From positions 1,518,676 to 1,582,675 of the forward strand of contig NW_003314303.1 in assembly GCF_000143415.4 (NCBI RefSeq): a DNA stretch of 64,000 nt. Direction: 5' to 3'. The notes below the pieces were generated by a model. That model was not told the DNA's origin and did no database searches. It worked only from the letters and a program-made list of their open reading frames with translations. This DNA is from Selaginella moellendorffii. Lineage: Eukaryota; Plantae; Lycopodiophyta. Made by a program: the position numbers and the translations under genes. This document shows positions 12,040 through 25,344 of the stretch, one piece after another (the stretch's first letter is position 1; each line of letters begins with the position of its first letter).

Positions 12040-13040
12040 TCGCTGCGGCGGGCTATAGATCTCGTAGATTACCTGAGAGAATCCTTCGCTCCAGTGCCAA
12101 CGCGTCCCGATTCATCCCCCCGGACTCCTCTGCATTTTTAGGGTTCTTCGAGTCTCCAGCCAAACTTTTGGCTTAACCTTTAACGCAATCCCAGCCGTCC
12201 ATCGACATACCTGGCCGAACTCTTGCTATTTAAGAGAGTAATTTATTTCTTATAAAGTAAATAAAAAATTATAAATAATATAGAAAAATTTTATTGAATA
12301 AGTTTTTAGAAAAATTAAATAAATTTTAAGTATACCAAGTGTTTAGTAATATAATGGTACCAAAATTTAATCTAAACATTAAAGGTTTTAAAGGATATAT
12401 AAATTTATTTCAGGTATTTAGTGAAATGATTCAAAAATAATTTAAAAAAATTTCCTAGATTGATGATTATAAATTAAATTAGGTATTAAAAGAGTATTTT
12501 TATGGAACATATTTACATATTTAATAAATACAAAAAATCTTAGTAATAGATTTAACTAGTTAAGTGAAGAAAAATCATTTAATAGTTTTGTGAGAGATTT
12601 TGATATACTAAATAATAAAATATAAGATATTCAAGAAATGCTAGCATAAAAATATTTATAATTAAAAAATTTTACTTAATGATATTATAAAAAAATTTAA
12701 AAAATTAGTCTGTATATACATTTTTAACTGCAAGAGACTTAAGGTTTATCTTTACATATCACTCTCATGAATTACTAAACCACTCTTCCATAGGATGATT
12801 TTCTTTTTTTAAAATAAAATTATAATTTTCATAATCACTTAAATAATAAACTAATATATTATTATGAGAAAGAACTACTATACAACATTTCTAGAGTAAT
12901 TTATATGAACTAATTACTATTAGAACAGAATAAAATCTATAAAAATTAAAAATAATATATAATGTAATAAATATTTATCTTATTGTAGTGTTTAAATAAA
13001 AAATCATCTAAAAGTAAAATTATCAAAATTTTAGTCTATA

Positions 13041-13046
<6 letters not shown>

Positions 13047-13096
<50 letters not shown>
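13047..13096. repeat. (TA)n microsatellite
   Basis: Uninterrupted TA run of about 50 bp. Confidence 0.95.
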
Positions 13097-13103
<7 letters not shown>

Positions 13104-13781
13104 TACCCTTGCTAAATAATACACTAATTATAATACTATATTATAATACTATAGCATATGGACCGTTCATTTGGGATTAAATCTGATCCATTCATTCTTG
13201 TATATAAGTAAAAGTTTAAACCCCAATTAATATACCATTCCTATATCCCGAACACTCATATTGATATTGCAATTTATCTCTAAAGAACAAAGTTTTTTTG
13301 TAGTGCTTTACTCTAGTATTTAGGATTGTGTTTTTTATTTTTATTTCTTCATTCTCTTTTAGATCTAGATTTGTATTAACTTTTTCAAGATCTAAAACTC
13401 TAACTATTGTTGTGTTTAAATTTATCTTCATTGCATTCTCTTTTTTTACCATGCCATGCTATTATCAATTAAGGATACTAATGTTGCTTTGTTAGATTGA
13501 ATTTTTAGTGCTGTGGGATGTGTTCATATTGGTGCTGTGCCCATCTTTGATGTGTTGCCGTCTCCAACTTCTATAAAACGTGATTACACAATTTGTTCTC
13601 TTCTTGGTGTTTTGTCATCTCCTGTTAATATGTAGCGTGATCATGACATCAATTGGGGAGCTATGGATGATGTAGTTTGGATTCTTGAAGAATGTTTAAA
13701 GATCGAGTTTATGGGAAGACAATGTGTACAAGCTCAATGGATTCTAGATTGTGATGAAGAGCTTGCTTATTATGGAGATAG

Positions 13782-14354
13782 TGTAAGCAACCAAAAAGAA
13801 TGACTCAAGAAACAATTCATAGAGTTCAAATATAAAAGGAAAGAGCCCATGAATAAGAGTGCACCCCCTTTTCTAATCGGTTAAGGGTCTTGGGATACTT
13901 AGGGTAACATCCTTGGGTTTGAATAGTACTATGTTGAGTGACCTCCCGAGAAGTCTAAATTCAGGAGCTTACATTTGGTATCAAAGCGGTCTCAAGTCTA
14001 ACTTTGTTAGTTGGATAAAGGAATCGCACCACATGTTGATTGACATCTGGCAAATCCAATTTGCTCCGGCTAGGCTCAACCTGAGGGTAGAGTGTCAACA
14101 AAGGGGGGCTCTTGAGAGAGCTGCGGCTCTTAACTTCCATTCACGAGGGCGTGAACTTGTAGGGAAGGTGGATTGTAAGCAATCAAAGAGAACGACTCAA
14201 GAGACGGTTTATGGGGTTTAAATATAGAGGGAAAGGGCCCATGAATAAAAGTGCACCTCTTTTCCAATTAGTTAAGGGCCTTAAAATACTTGGGGTTAAA
14301 CATTTTTAGGTTTGAATAGTACTGGGCTGGGAAGTTCAAATTTAGGAGTTTACA
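13782..14354 (+). mobile_element. Second Cassandra-type TRIM
   Basis: LTRs 13782-13973 and 14174-14354 are homologous to those of 159-751; PBS TGGTATCAAAGC; degenerate TSD GATAG/AATAA; the 3' LTR lacks most of the 5S C-box segment. Confidence 0.9.
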
Positions 14355-17300
14355 AATAACTTTCGAGATGAAGTGGAGAGTTCACAAAGTAGGTGTCAAT
14401 CTTTTAATTTGCCATCTGATCATTTATCTTTACGTTCTGTTCTTTCTTAGCCTTTTCTTATTTTTTGGCTTGAGCCACCATTTCATGTTTCTAGTATTTC
14501 TTCCTCATCTGCAGTATTTTTTATCGCGAATATAACTTTGGGTATCGAAAGATACTTGTCAACCATTCTTTACGAACACTCTCTCCTTACTGCCATGACG
14601 GCAGGAAGTCGGTATTGCTGGTTTCCTTTATTGGCCCCTCTTGTCTAAGTGTTAGTAAACTGGACTTAGCATCTATACTTAGCCAGATGAGCATAAAGAT
14701 GGAATTCTTAAGTGTTTATTTTGGCTAAGCATACTTGGCCTGGCTTTTTAGTTCTCTTTTGTTATGTCTTGCACTGGCTTAGCAAGAACTTTTGCATATT
14801 GAGATTAATCCCTCAATATCGCTAGATAATAGCTTATTGTGTTTGCCAAACACCCTCGCTATCATGCCCTTTGTATTCGTCTCATTTCGGTCCCAAATGC
14901 TAATTATAGAAAGTGTCTAGATTCGCTCATTTGGCATATCTACGAAATGTAGAGATCGGCCTAAACATAATGGTGTTCGTTTTGTGTCCAAATTCGCAAT
15001 TTAAGAATATTTCATATTTAGTAAATTTCGAACTTGTCCCAGAGACTAACTCTTGGTACTAAGGGAGGCTTGGGGTGAAAGCCCAAAGCGTGTGTTCCTC
15101 AAAGGAAGGGGGGGGGAGGGGGGGTTCTATATGTATAGTAGAGATAGTGGTTGGAATGCATGTCCGACCACCTGAGACATTAGTTTGGCTCTTGCTGGGT
15201 TGTGTCGCTCCTTTTTCTGCGTCCGACTTGGATCTAAGCCCAAACTCCATGTTGCTCTAGTCAGTGGGGTACCCTCCTCCTCCCATTAGGCCACCAGTAT
15301 GCCAAAATTGTGCTAGACTCTGTCTGACACCATTTTGCATGCAAGTGCTGGATACGGGGAGTTGGTGCTCATGAGATTGTACTGGACCCTCGTTTCATAG
15401 TGCAATGGGCTTGGAGTTCGGCTCCAAATTCAAATGCATTACATTTGGTATCAGAAGAATTGTCTCAGCGATTCCTATCCAACTTTTGTCAGATTTTTTG
15501 ACTCAAGTTGCATACATAGAGACTTTTGTAGTAGATCCAAAGCGACCTGTGTAGGATTAGTTGATTGCACCATTCGGTAAGAATGTTGTAGTTACTGACG
15601 GAGGCATGTATGTAGCGAGCGGGATGGTGAAAAGGAACCGTGCTAATGATGTTAAAACCTTTAGACAGGCAAATCGAGAGGAGGAAACTCCTGCTAGAGA
15701 TGCTACGGAAGAGGTTGAGGCTGAGTTAGAAGAGGAAGAGTCAGATGCTGCGGCATTGCAGCGTACGACTTAGGAAGTCGAGATTGAGAATTTGCGAAGG
15801 GAGATTCGCAAATTGAAGAAGGAGATCAAGAAGAAGAAGAAAGAAGCTAAGGCAACTAAACTAGTTAAATCTAAGCAACCAGATTCCTCTTCAAGTTCTG
15901 AGGACGATGAAGTTCTACAACCGCCCCTGGTTGCACGAGTTTCAAAGTTCAAGCCTCCAAAACTACCCAATTTCATAGGCATGTGGGACTATTAGGTTTT
16001 GAAAGACTGGGTCTACGATATAGAAAACTACTTTATAGTGGCAGATGTAGATGATCATACGAAAGTTGCATGTGCACAATCCTTTCTCACTGATCATGCC
16101 AAAACTTAGTGGCGCCAAGTGTGTGTTGAAAAAGGGCGGACTAGAAGTTGGACCAAGATGCGGTCTTATATCCATAAAGAATACTTGCCAAATGATCTTG
16201 GTTTGAGACTTCGCACGAAGCTACGGCGATTAAAGCAATGAGGGGACCTCATGCATTACGTTAATGCGTTTGCTCAGAAGTGTATTATGATTGCAAATAT
16301 GAGTGACAAAGATGCTCGAAGTTATTTCTTGAAGGGTTTAAGTTCACTTTCTCGCAATGAGATTTGAAGTTTAAGCCGAAGACATACCCGGAGTGTAAGG
16401 AGGCAGCACAGTAAGTTGCCTTTAGTCTCTCACTCATGGAACAGTATCAACAGCCATATGCTGGTACCTTAGACAAAAATAAGAATTCGGGAAATAAACA
16501 AGGTGATTGGAAACAGAGGGTGGAAGGCAGGTTCCACCCTAGAGGCTCACAAGCAACGGTTAACAAAGGTGGTGGTGGTTGGAGACCACCAACAACTTCT
16601 TATGGTCCTAGGCCCTCTGTTCCTCCTTCTGGTGGGTACAAGCACCAACAACTTGCAAAACCTACTCCTAGCAGAACAGGTAGTGTGGGTCATTGCTTCC
16701 ATTGTGGGGAGTCAGAACATAGGTCCTCGGAATGTCCTAACAAGTATAAGACAAGGTCTCATGTGAATGTCATGAGGGAAGACAGTGGTAGTGAAGCTAA
16801 AACGGTTGACGAGTTGGTCAATGCAAACTATGAGGAAGAGGAGGTGAGTTACTTTCGTTGCTTTCCTCAAGCTTTTCTCGCAATCAATGCAAACACTAAT
16901 CCGTTGATTTATCTAGTAGGCTTTGTCCGGGGACACCGAATCCGAGTGATGATTGATATGGGAGCTATGCACAGCGTGATATCTGAAGACTTAGTTAAGT
17001 TGTTAGGATTGAATGCTGAGCAAATGTTGCCTATGCACTTCTGGTTTGCGGAAGGTGGGCAAGTAGCTAGAAAGTTTATGAGTGATTTTCCAATAAAAAT
17101 ATCCAAGTGGACTTCGTAGTGTTGAAGATACCAGATTTTCAGATGGTGTTTGGTATGGACTTTTTCAAAAAATATATAAAAAGGATTTATGGTGCTGGAC
17201 AAAGTTGTATCATGTTGAAGTCAGAAGGATGTCCCGTGTGTCCTTCTAGTTGCAAAAGCACTCCTCAAAGGATTGGGATGTAAAGTTCTCGACTGCGAGG

Positions 17301-19768
17301 GCCGCTTGAAAAGCAGCTAAAAAGGGATGTCAGACCTTTTGGGTTCAAATGATGGAAGTTGATAGTGTGGGTGACTCAGTTCAAATTGGCGATGGAGTTG
17401 ATCTTGTACCAAAGAAGATATTGGAGTTGTTGGTGAGGAATCAGGATATCTTCCCAAAGGATTTGCTGCTAGGGCTACCTCCTAGCCGTGAGGTTGATCA
17501 TCGAATTAAGGTTATTTTGGGTTCTAAACCACCTACAAAAGCTCTGTATCATTTGAATATCAAGGAGATGGTTGAACTCAAGAAGCAACTCATAGAGCTT
17601 CTTGACAAAGGTCATATCCGACCAAGCAAGTCACCTTATGGAGCACTAATCCTTTTTGTTATGAAAAAGGATGGAACCATGAGGATGTGTATCGACTATC
17701 ATGCACTCAACAAGATCACGGTCAAAAATAGTTATCCTTTGCCTCGCATTGATGACTTGTTTGACTAACACTTAAAGGCTAAGTATTTTACGCGACTTGA
17801 TTTGCGGTCCGAGTATCATCAGATACAAGTGGCAGATCAAGATGTGGAGAAGACAGCCTTTAAGACTCGGTATGGATCTTATGAGTTCCTTGTCATGCCG
17901 TTTGAGTTATACAATGCTCCGGCAACATTTAGCACTATGATGGATAGAATATTCGAAGATTATTTAGACACATTTGTTGTCCTATATATCGATGATGTTC
18001 TAGTCTTCAATGAAACATTAGAGGATCATTTGAAACACTTGGAGCTGGTGTTTCAAAAGTTGCGCGAACACAAATTGTATGCTAAGGAAAGTGAATGCGC
18101 TTTTAGACAATTGCGCGTAAACTTTCTCGGACATATAGTTGGTGGTGGCGTAATTAAGGTCGATCTAAAGAAGGTGGAAGCAATGAAGTCCTAGGAACCC
18201 AACCATTATATTAGATGTTTGTTCCTTTCTTGGTTTTGTGGGATACTACTGTAAGTTTGTCTGCAATTTTGCAAGAATTGCTCTTCCATTGACTAAGTTG
18301 ACGAAGAGTAATATTCCGTTTTATTGGACACCAACTTGTCAGCGTGCTTTTGTACGATTGAAGGAGATCTTGACTACGGTTCATGTTCTTAGGATCCTAA
18401 ATCTTGATAAACCCTTCGAAGTGCATTGTGATGGATCTGGCTATGCTATTGGTGCTGTGTTGTAGCAAGATTGTAACAAAGTGGTTGGTGTTACGCTAAG
18501 GCAACATAGTTGTCCCATTGTGTTCTATTTCAAAAAATTGGATGAAACTCAACAAAGATGGCCAATGCATGAGAAAGAGATGTTTGCTATAGTGTCAGCC
18601 CTAAAACACTGGAGGTACTACTTGGGTGGACACACCAAGGTTTATACAAATATTAACACACTAAGCTACTTTGCTACATAGTTTAAACTTATGTTGAAGT
18701 AGGCTTGTTGGCAAGAGATACTTGCTAGATATGATATTGAGATCATATATAAATCTAGTAAAGACAATATTGTTCCAGATGCGTTGAGTCATCAGGCTCA
18801 GTTTCGGGAAATATCGGCAATCAGTTCGGACTGGTTAGAGGACATTCAAGCTTCGTATGGAAGTGATCTATTGGCGAAGGCAATCTTGCACCATGCGGAG
18901 TTGTCAAAGCAAGACGTTGGTAGCAAAGTGGCGAAAGTTGCTAGTCGAACCAATGTGAAGCTTCACTTCTCAGTTCGGGATGGGCTTATATTCTATAAGC
19001 AAGAAAGATTGTATCTTCCCTCTTAGGATTTGTAGCAGTTGTTTCTGTGGGAACATCATGATGTTCTAGCAACAAGACATGGTGGAAAGCAAAAGACTCT
19101 AGCTTCATTAAAAAAGGGGATTTTTGGTCTGGTATGGGAAGTGATGTAGCGGACTATATCCATTCCTACCCTATATGCCAGCAATGTAAGCGCAGAACTG
19201 AGAAGCAGGCTAGAAAGTTGTAGTGCATTCCAGCATCGGCAAAGCCATTTCAGAGTGTAACACTTGATTTCGTCACTTGCTTGCTGAAGTCTAAAGGTTA
19301 TGATACTTTGATGGTGGTTGTGGATTGGTTGTCGAAGATTGCACACTTCATTCCAACTGTGGGAATAGTAAATGCAAAACAAGCAGCAAAGTTCTTTTTC
19401 CATGAAGTAGTGTGAGTTCGTGGTCTTCCCGAAGAGATGATCTCGGATAGAGATTCAAGGTTTACGAGGAAGTTTTGGGGCACACTGTTCCAGTTGTTCG
19501 GTACCAAGTTGAAGTTTAGTATGGCTTATCATCCTCAAACTGATGGGCAAACTGAACGTATGAATGCTGAAGTTGAGGATTATCTACGGTACTATGTCGC
19601 AGTAGACCAATGCGATTGGGTTGAGCATTTGGACACAACAGAAATCTATTATAACAACACATTTCACAACTCTATAAGTTGTTCTCCATGGGAGATGCTG
19701 CAAGGGAATGCTCATGAGGTTCCTCAACAAATTGTTGTACCGAAACTAATGACCAAAGTGTAGGTCCC

Positions 19769-22700
19769 TGTCAGGAATTCCCCAATTTATACCACATTTC
19801 TGAATCTTGCTGGATTCCTGACCTGCAGACCACATTCCTAATTCTCGAGACACTTCCTTATTCTTGACTCTCGAGACTCTTCCCTATTCCTGACTCTCTG
19901 ATTTCCTGTGCGATTCCTGAGTCCTGAGCCATATTCCTGATGATGATGTGGTGCCTCCTCGACCTTAGCTATATTTAGGCTGTCCTCAATCCAAAAGTGG
20001 TGGAGCTTCATCAACCTATAATATATATAGGTTAGCCTTGTTCCATTTCTCCACAATCTGAATCAACACCAGTCTAAAGCCTCTTCTTTGTTTTCACTAG
20101 CTTTTCTCTTTGTCTTTTGCATTTTCCAGTCTTGATCTTGTTGGGGGTCTTGACAGTTTGATTCAGATTGTTTTTTTTAATTTAGCTTATTTTGATTGTT
20201 TGATTGCCTTTGCCTTTTTTTCCCCCTTTTTCTTTCTTTCTGCCGATGGAGTCTCCAAGCCATCCTGATTTCTTTGCCGAAGTCCTTGCAAAAATCCAGT
20301 CTGAGAATATTGAGCTGAAGGCGACCCTTCTTCGCATAAAGCAGGAGCTTGCCTCACTTTCAGCTCAAGGATCCAGCAAAGTTCCTAAACCGAAGGTGAG
20401 TTTCCCGGCGAAATTTTCAGGCAAGTGTTCGGAGCTTCGCGGATTCCTGAACTGAATGGAGCTGATCTTCGCACTTCAACATTGGTGGTACCCCACTCCC
20501 GAGTCTCAAATTGGTGCAATTGGGACGTTGCTCGAAGGTGCAGCTTTGTCATGGTTTTCTCCCCTTCTGGAGAAGAGCATGAAAGGGGTCGTGGTTCCGG
20601 AGCTGATGGATCTTCAATTGTTCAAAGAGAAGCTCGAAGCATGTTTTGGCAAGACAGATCGGGTTCGGGCTGCTACCACAAAGATGAAACGTCTCTTTAA
20701 GGGGTCTCATCCTACCTCGATCTACACTGTAGAGTTCCAACTCCTTGCCTTGGACACTCAGTGGGATGAGCGGGCCCTAATTGACCAATTTCGTTTCGGC
20801 CTCAACAACGGTGTCAAGGATTTGTTGCTCACCATGGAGGATCCCAAGGACTTGTCGGACGCCATCAACTAAGCTATTCGATGTGACAATTGTCTCTTTG
20901 AGCGTCGTTAGGAAAGTCACCGCGCCACTGTTTTTCCGTCCCAGACTCAGGAATCCCAGCTTGAGTCTTTGGGGCATACTCCTAAACCTACTGCTCCGGT
21001 CCCGATGGATATCTCTGGTACTCCCTGACTCATCAAAGGGAAGTTAAGTCCTACTGAGAAGCAATGTCGAATATCTCATAATCTTTGCCTCTATTATGCT
21101 GATCCTAATCACAAAGTAGCTATGTGTCCCAAGAAGCCTCCCCGACTGCTCGAGTTCACTCTACCTCAAAATCCACCTTTGTTACAGTCAGGAAACGACC
21201 CTATCCAAATAGAGTAGGAGCTGTCTGTTTAGACTCCCCGAATAAAAATCACTTTTCTTCTTTATCAAGCTCCTCACCACCTTTCATTAAAGCCACCACC
21301 AATTCCCGCAACTTCCGCGTCCCATGTCTACTTTCTTTCACCGGACAATTAGGACTCAAGGCTCTGGTGCTACTGGACTCGGGTGCAACTTCCTACTTCA
21401 TGGACATGGACTTTGCTACCCGACATCACGTTCCTCTTTCTCCTACCATACGGGATCTGAGGGTTGAAGGCATCAGCGGGCATTTTGTGTCTCCATCTTC
21501 TGGACTTAGGGAAATGTTGCCTGTTCGAGTACACATTGGGTCCACCATCACCAATATCACCTTCAACATCATCAACAGCAAGTCCTCCTCTATGGTGCTT
21601 GGTCTTCCTTGGTTCCAACTACATCAGCCTCAGATCTGTTGGAAGGAATTACAGCTCATCTCTCCCACGGCTTCCCCTACTATTCATCGAGTCCGAATCA
21701 GGAAAAGTTCCCTAAACTCAAATCGGGGTTCTGTTCTTGACTCTACGAAGTTTTCACCCTCTTCTTTTTCCTCTCTTCCATCTTACACTGGACAGTATCC
21801 TTGTCTCATCATTCCATTTAGTCATACGCCTCCTCCTATCTCCACAATCACTATAAAAGAACTCCTTCATAAAGAACCTATTTTCCTTTTTGCTTTGCAT
21901 GTTTCTCCTGTCAGTCTTCCTGAGAAGTATTGTGATTTTGGGGATGTGTTTGACAAGAAAAAAGCTAGTGTATTGCCTGTTCATCAGCCTTATGACTGTC
22001 CTATTGATTTACAGGAAGGAGCATCACCTCCGTGGGGGCCTATCTACGGGTTATCCCTGTCCGAGCTTAAGGCCCTCAAAGAGTACGTGGATGAGAACCT
22101 TGCCTCAGGGTACATTCAACATTCGCAGTCCCCGGCTGGAGCACCTGTCTTCTTTGTCAAGAAGAAGGATGGGAGTTTGCGGCTAGTCATCGACTACCGA
22201 GGTTTGAACAAGGTGACTGTTCGGAACGGTTATCCGCTGCCCCTGATCTCGGACCTGTTGGAACGCCTCAGCGGTGCCCACTTCTTCACCAAGATCGACC
22301 TCCGTGGAGCATATAACCTGATCCGGATCCGGCCTGGTGATGAATGGAAGACTGCGTTCCGAACCCGCTATGGCCACTTCGAATACACTGTCATGCCATT
22401 TGGCTTGACAAATGCTCCAGCAGTTTTCCAACACATGGCGAACGACGTCTTTCGGGAGTTTCTTGATCAGATGGTGATTGTCTACCTCGATGACATCCTC
22501 ATCTACTCAAAAACTCAGGAAGAGCATGACGAACATGTACGCAAGGTGCTGGCAAAGCTGCGAGACCACGGCCTATACGCAAAGCTTGAGAAATGTTCCT
22601 TCGATCGGCAGTCTGTGGAGTTCCTTGGGTACATTGTCACTCCTGAGGGTATCACGATGGATCCTACCAAAGTCAAGACTATTCTCGAATTGGAGCCTCC

Positions 22701-25344
22701 ACAATCAATGTAGGACATTCAGGTTTTCCTTGGCTTCGCCAACTTCTACCGCAAATTCATTGATCACTACTCTGACATTGTCCTTCCTCTCACGCATCTC
22801 ACTCGCAAGGATGTTCCCTTCTCTTGGTCTGCTGCTACCCAGTAGGCCTTCAACACACTCAAGGAGGCCTTCAATTCTGCTCCCGTCTTGATCCACGCTG
22901 ATCCTTCACAACCTTTCTTCATCGAGGTTGACACCTCCGACTTTGCCATCGGTGCTGTGTTGTCTCAACTTGGAGCGGATCAAGAACTTCATCCGGTCGC
23001 TTTCCATTCTCGGAAATTCCAGCTTGCAGAGATCAATTACGAAATCCACGACATGGAGCTCCTTGCCATCGTGGATTCCTTTGGAGAGTGGCGCCGTTTC
23101 TTGGAGGGGGCGGGCCATCAAACAATAGTCTAGACGGATCACAAAAATCTCAAGTACTTTGCCACTTCTCGAGTTTTGAGCCGTCGTCAAGCAAGGTGGG
23201 CACAATTCCTGAGTCGGTTTGACTTTGTTATCAAGTACAGACCTGGAAAGCTTCAAGGCCTTCCTGATGCTCTTTCAAGGTGCTCCTATCTTAGTCTCAG
23301 GCCTGGTAATCCTACCTTCGATCAACAGGATCAAGTTATCCTCGGTCCTGATCGGCTTCAAGTTATGGCAATTTCCCTGGCCCCTCAGGACTCCTCCTTA
23401 ATGGATGCAATCAGAAACGATCTTCAATTCGATGACCTCACTAGCGACATTTTCCCCCATCTTCAGGCTGGACACCCAGTGACTCCCGACTGCCGGCGAT
23501 TTGACGAGTTCAAGTTCTTAGATGGCTTGTTGTACCGTGCGGAGCAGCTTTATGTTCCTGAAGGTGATGCTCGAAGGTTGGTCCTGATGGCGTGCCACGA
23601 TAGCCCGACTTCTGGTCACTTCGATATCGCAAAGACCTATGAGCTGGTTGCACGGGACTTTTGGTGGCCTCACATGGATGACTACATAAAAACTTTTGTT
23701 ACCTCCTGTGACACTTGCACCTGAAATAAGGTACCTCGCCACCTTCCTTCAGGTTTGCTTTGTTCCCTCCCGAGCCCTTCAGGTCCTTGGGAATCCATCT
23801 CCATGTATTTCTTGAGTGATCTTCCGAGTTCTGGAGGCTTCAACAGCATTTTAGTCATGTTGAATCGCTTCACAAAGATGGTGCACTTCCTGCCATGTAC
23901 CAAGGAGTTTTCGAGCGAGGACATGGCAAAACTGGTATTCAGGGAAATTTTCCGACTTCATAGGATTCTTGTAGATGTGGTTTCGGATCGGGGACCTCAG
24001 TTCATCTCTCATTTTTGGCAACGGTTTTTGCAGCTGCTTGGAGTGAAGGCCAACCTCTCTTCGGCATATCATCCTCAAACTGATGGACAGTCCAAGCGAA
24101 CGATTCAGACGTTAGAACACATTCCTGAGATGCTTCATCAACTATCATTAGGATGACTGGTTCGATATCCTTCCCCTTGCTGAGTTCTCCTATAACAACT
24201 CTGTTCACTCCTCTCTTCGAGTTTCCCCCTTCTTTGCGAACTCTGGCCGAAATCCCCGATTCAATCTCTCACTTCCTTCTCCATCCGAATCCTCTCATTC
24301 AAATCCCCGCTCTGAGACATTTGTCTCCAACCTCCAGGAAATCCACAACTCCATCTCCTTCCACCTCTATCGTGCTCAGAAATCTCACAAAACATTTGCC
24401 AATGCCCATCGTCAGGATTGTCCCCCTTACAATATTGGGGATAAAGTCTAGCTCCTCAGGTGAAATATCTCCACCACCAGACCATGTCCCAAACTCGATT
24501 TCAAACGCCTCGGTCCTTTCCCTATCACTGCTATCATTAATCCTGTTACTTATCGCCTTGCACTTCCCTCCTATCAAATTCACCCCGTTTTTCACTCCTC
24601 TCTCCTTGAGCCTTATATTCCCAGTCCTATTCCAAATCGGGTCATTCCTCCACCTCCACCAGTGCAGCTCGAGGATGGGTCTGAGTACGAGGTTCAGGAC
24701 ATCCTTGATTCCAAGATCTCCCGGTCTAAACTCTACTATCTGGTCGACTGGAAGGGTTATGGACCTGAAGAACGCACTTGGGAACATGTGGACAACCTGA
24801 CTCATTCTCCTGACCTTGTTCAGGACTTCCACTGTTGCTATCCTTCTTATCCCAATCCTCATTCTTTTTCTCCATCTCCCATCCCTCGCCACCCATCTCA
24901 TCCTCCTCTTCGTTCTCATTCACGTCCTCATTCCACTTGTTCTTGAGGAGGGGTTGTTGTCAGAAATCCCCAAATTTATACCACATTCCTGAATCTCATT
25001 GGATTCCTGACCTGCAGACCACATTCCTAATTCTCGAGACACTTCCCTATTCCTGACTCTCGAGACTCTTCCCTATTCCTGACTCTTTGATTTCCTATAC
25101 GATTCCTGAGTCCTGAGCCACATTCCTGATGATGATGTGGCACCTCCTCGACCTCAGCTATATTTAGGCCGTCCTCGATCCAAGAGTGGTGGAGCTTCAT
25201 CAACCTATAGTATATATAGGTTAGCCTTGTTCCATTTCTCCACAATCTGAATCAACACTAGTCTAAGGCCTCTTCTTTGTTTTCACTAGCTTTTCTCTTT
25301 GTCTTTTGCATTTTCCAGTCTTGATCTTGTTGGGGGTCTTGACA
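19769..25344 (+). mobile_element. Ty3/gypsy chromovirus (element B; Tf1/sushi/Tcn1-like) nested in the integrase of element A
   Basis: 387-bp TG..CA LTRs at 19769-20155 and 24958-25344; PPT GAGGAGGGG. PEG10-like gag (PAKFSG..ELRGFL), protease LLDSGA, RT YLDDILIYS, RNase H, integrase, chromodomain EYEVQDILDSK..YLVDWKGY. Several premature stops; no tRNA PBS. Confidence 0.93.
20017..20171 (+). promoter_or_regulatory. TATA box and self-complementary primer-binding site of element B
   Basis: TATA at 20017-20029. ACAATCTGAATCAA (20053-20066) is the exact reverse complement of TTGATTCAGATTGT (20158-20171), just after the 5' LTR. Confidence 0.75.
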
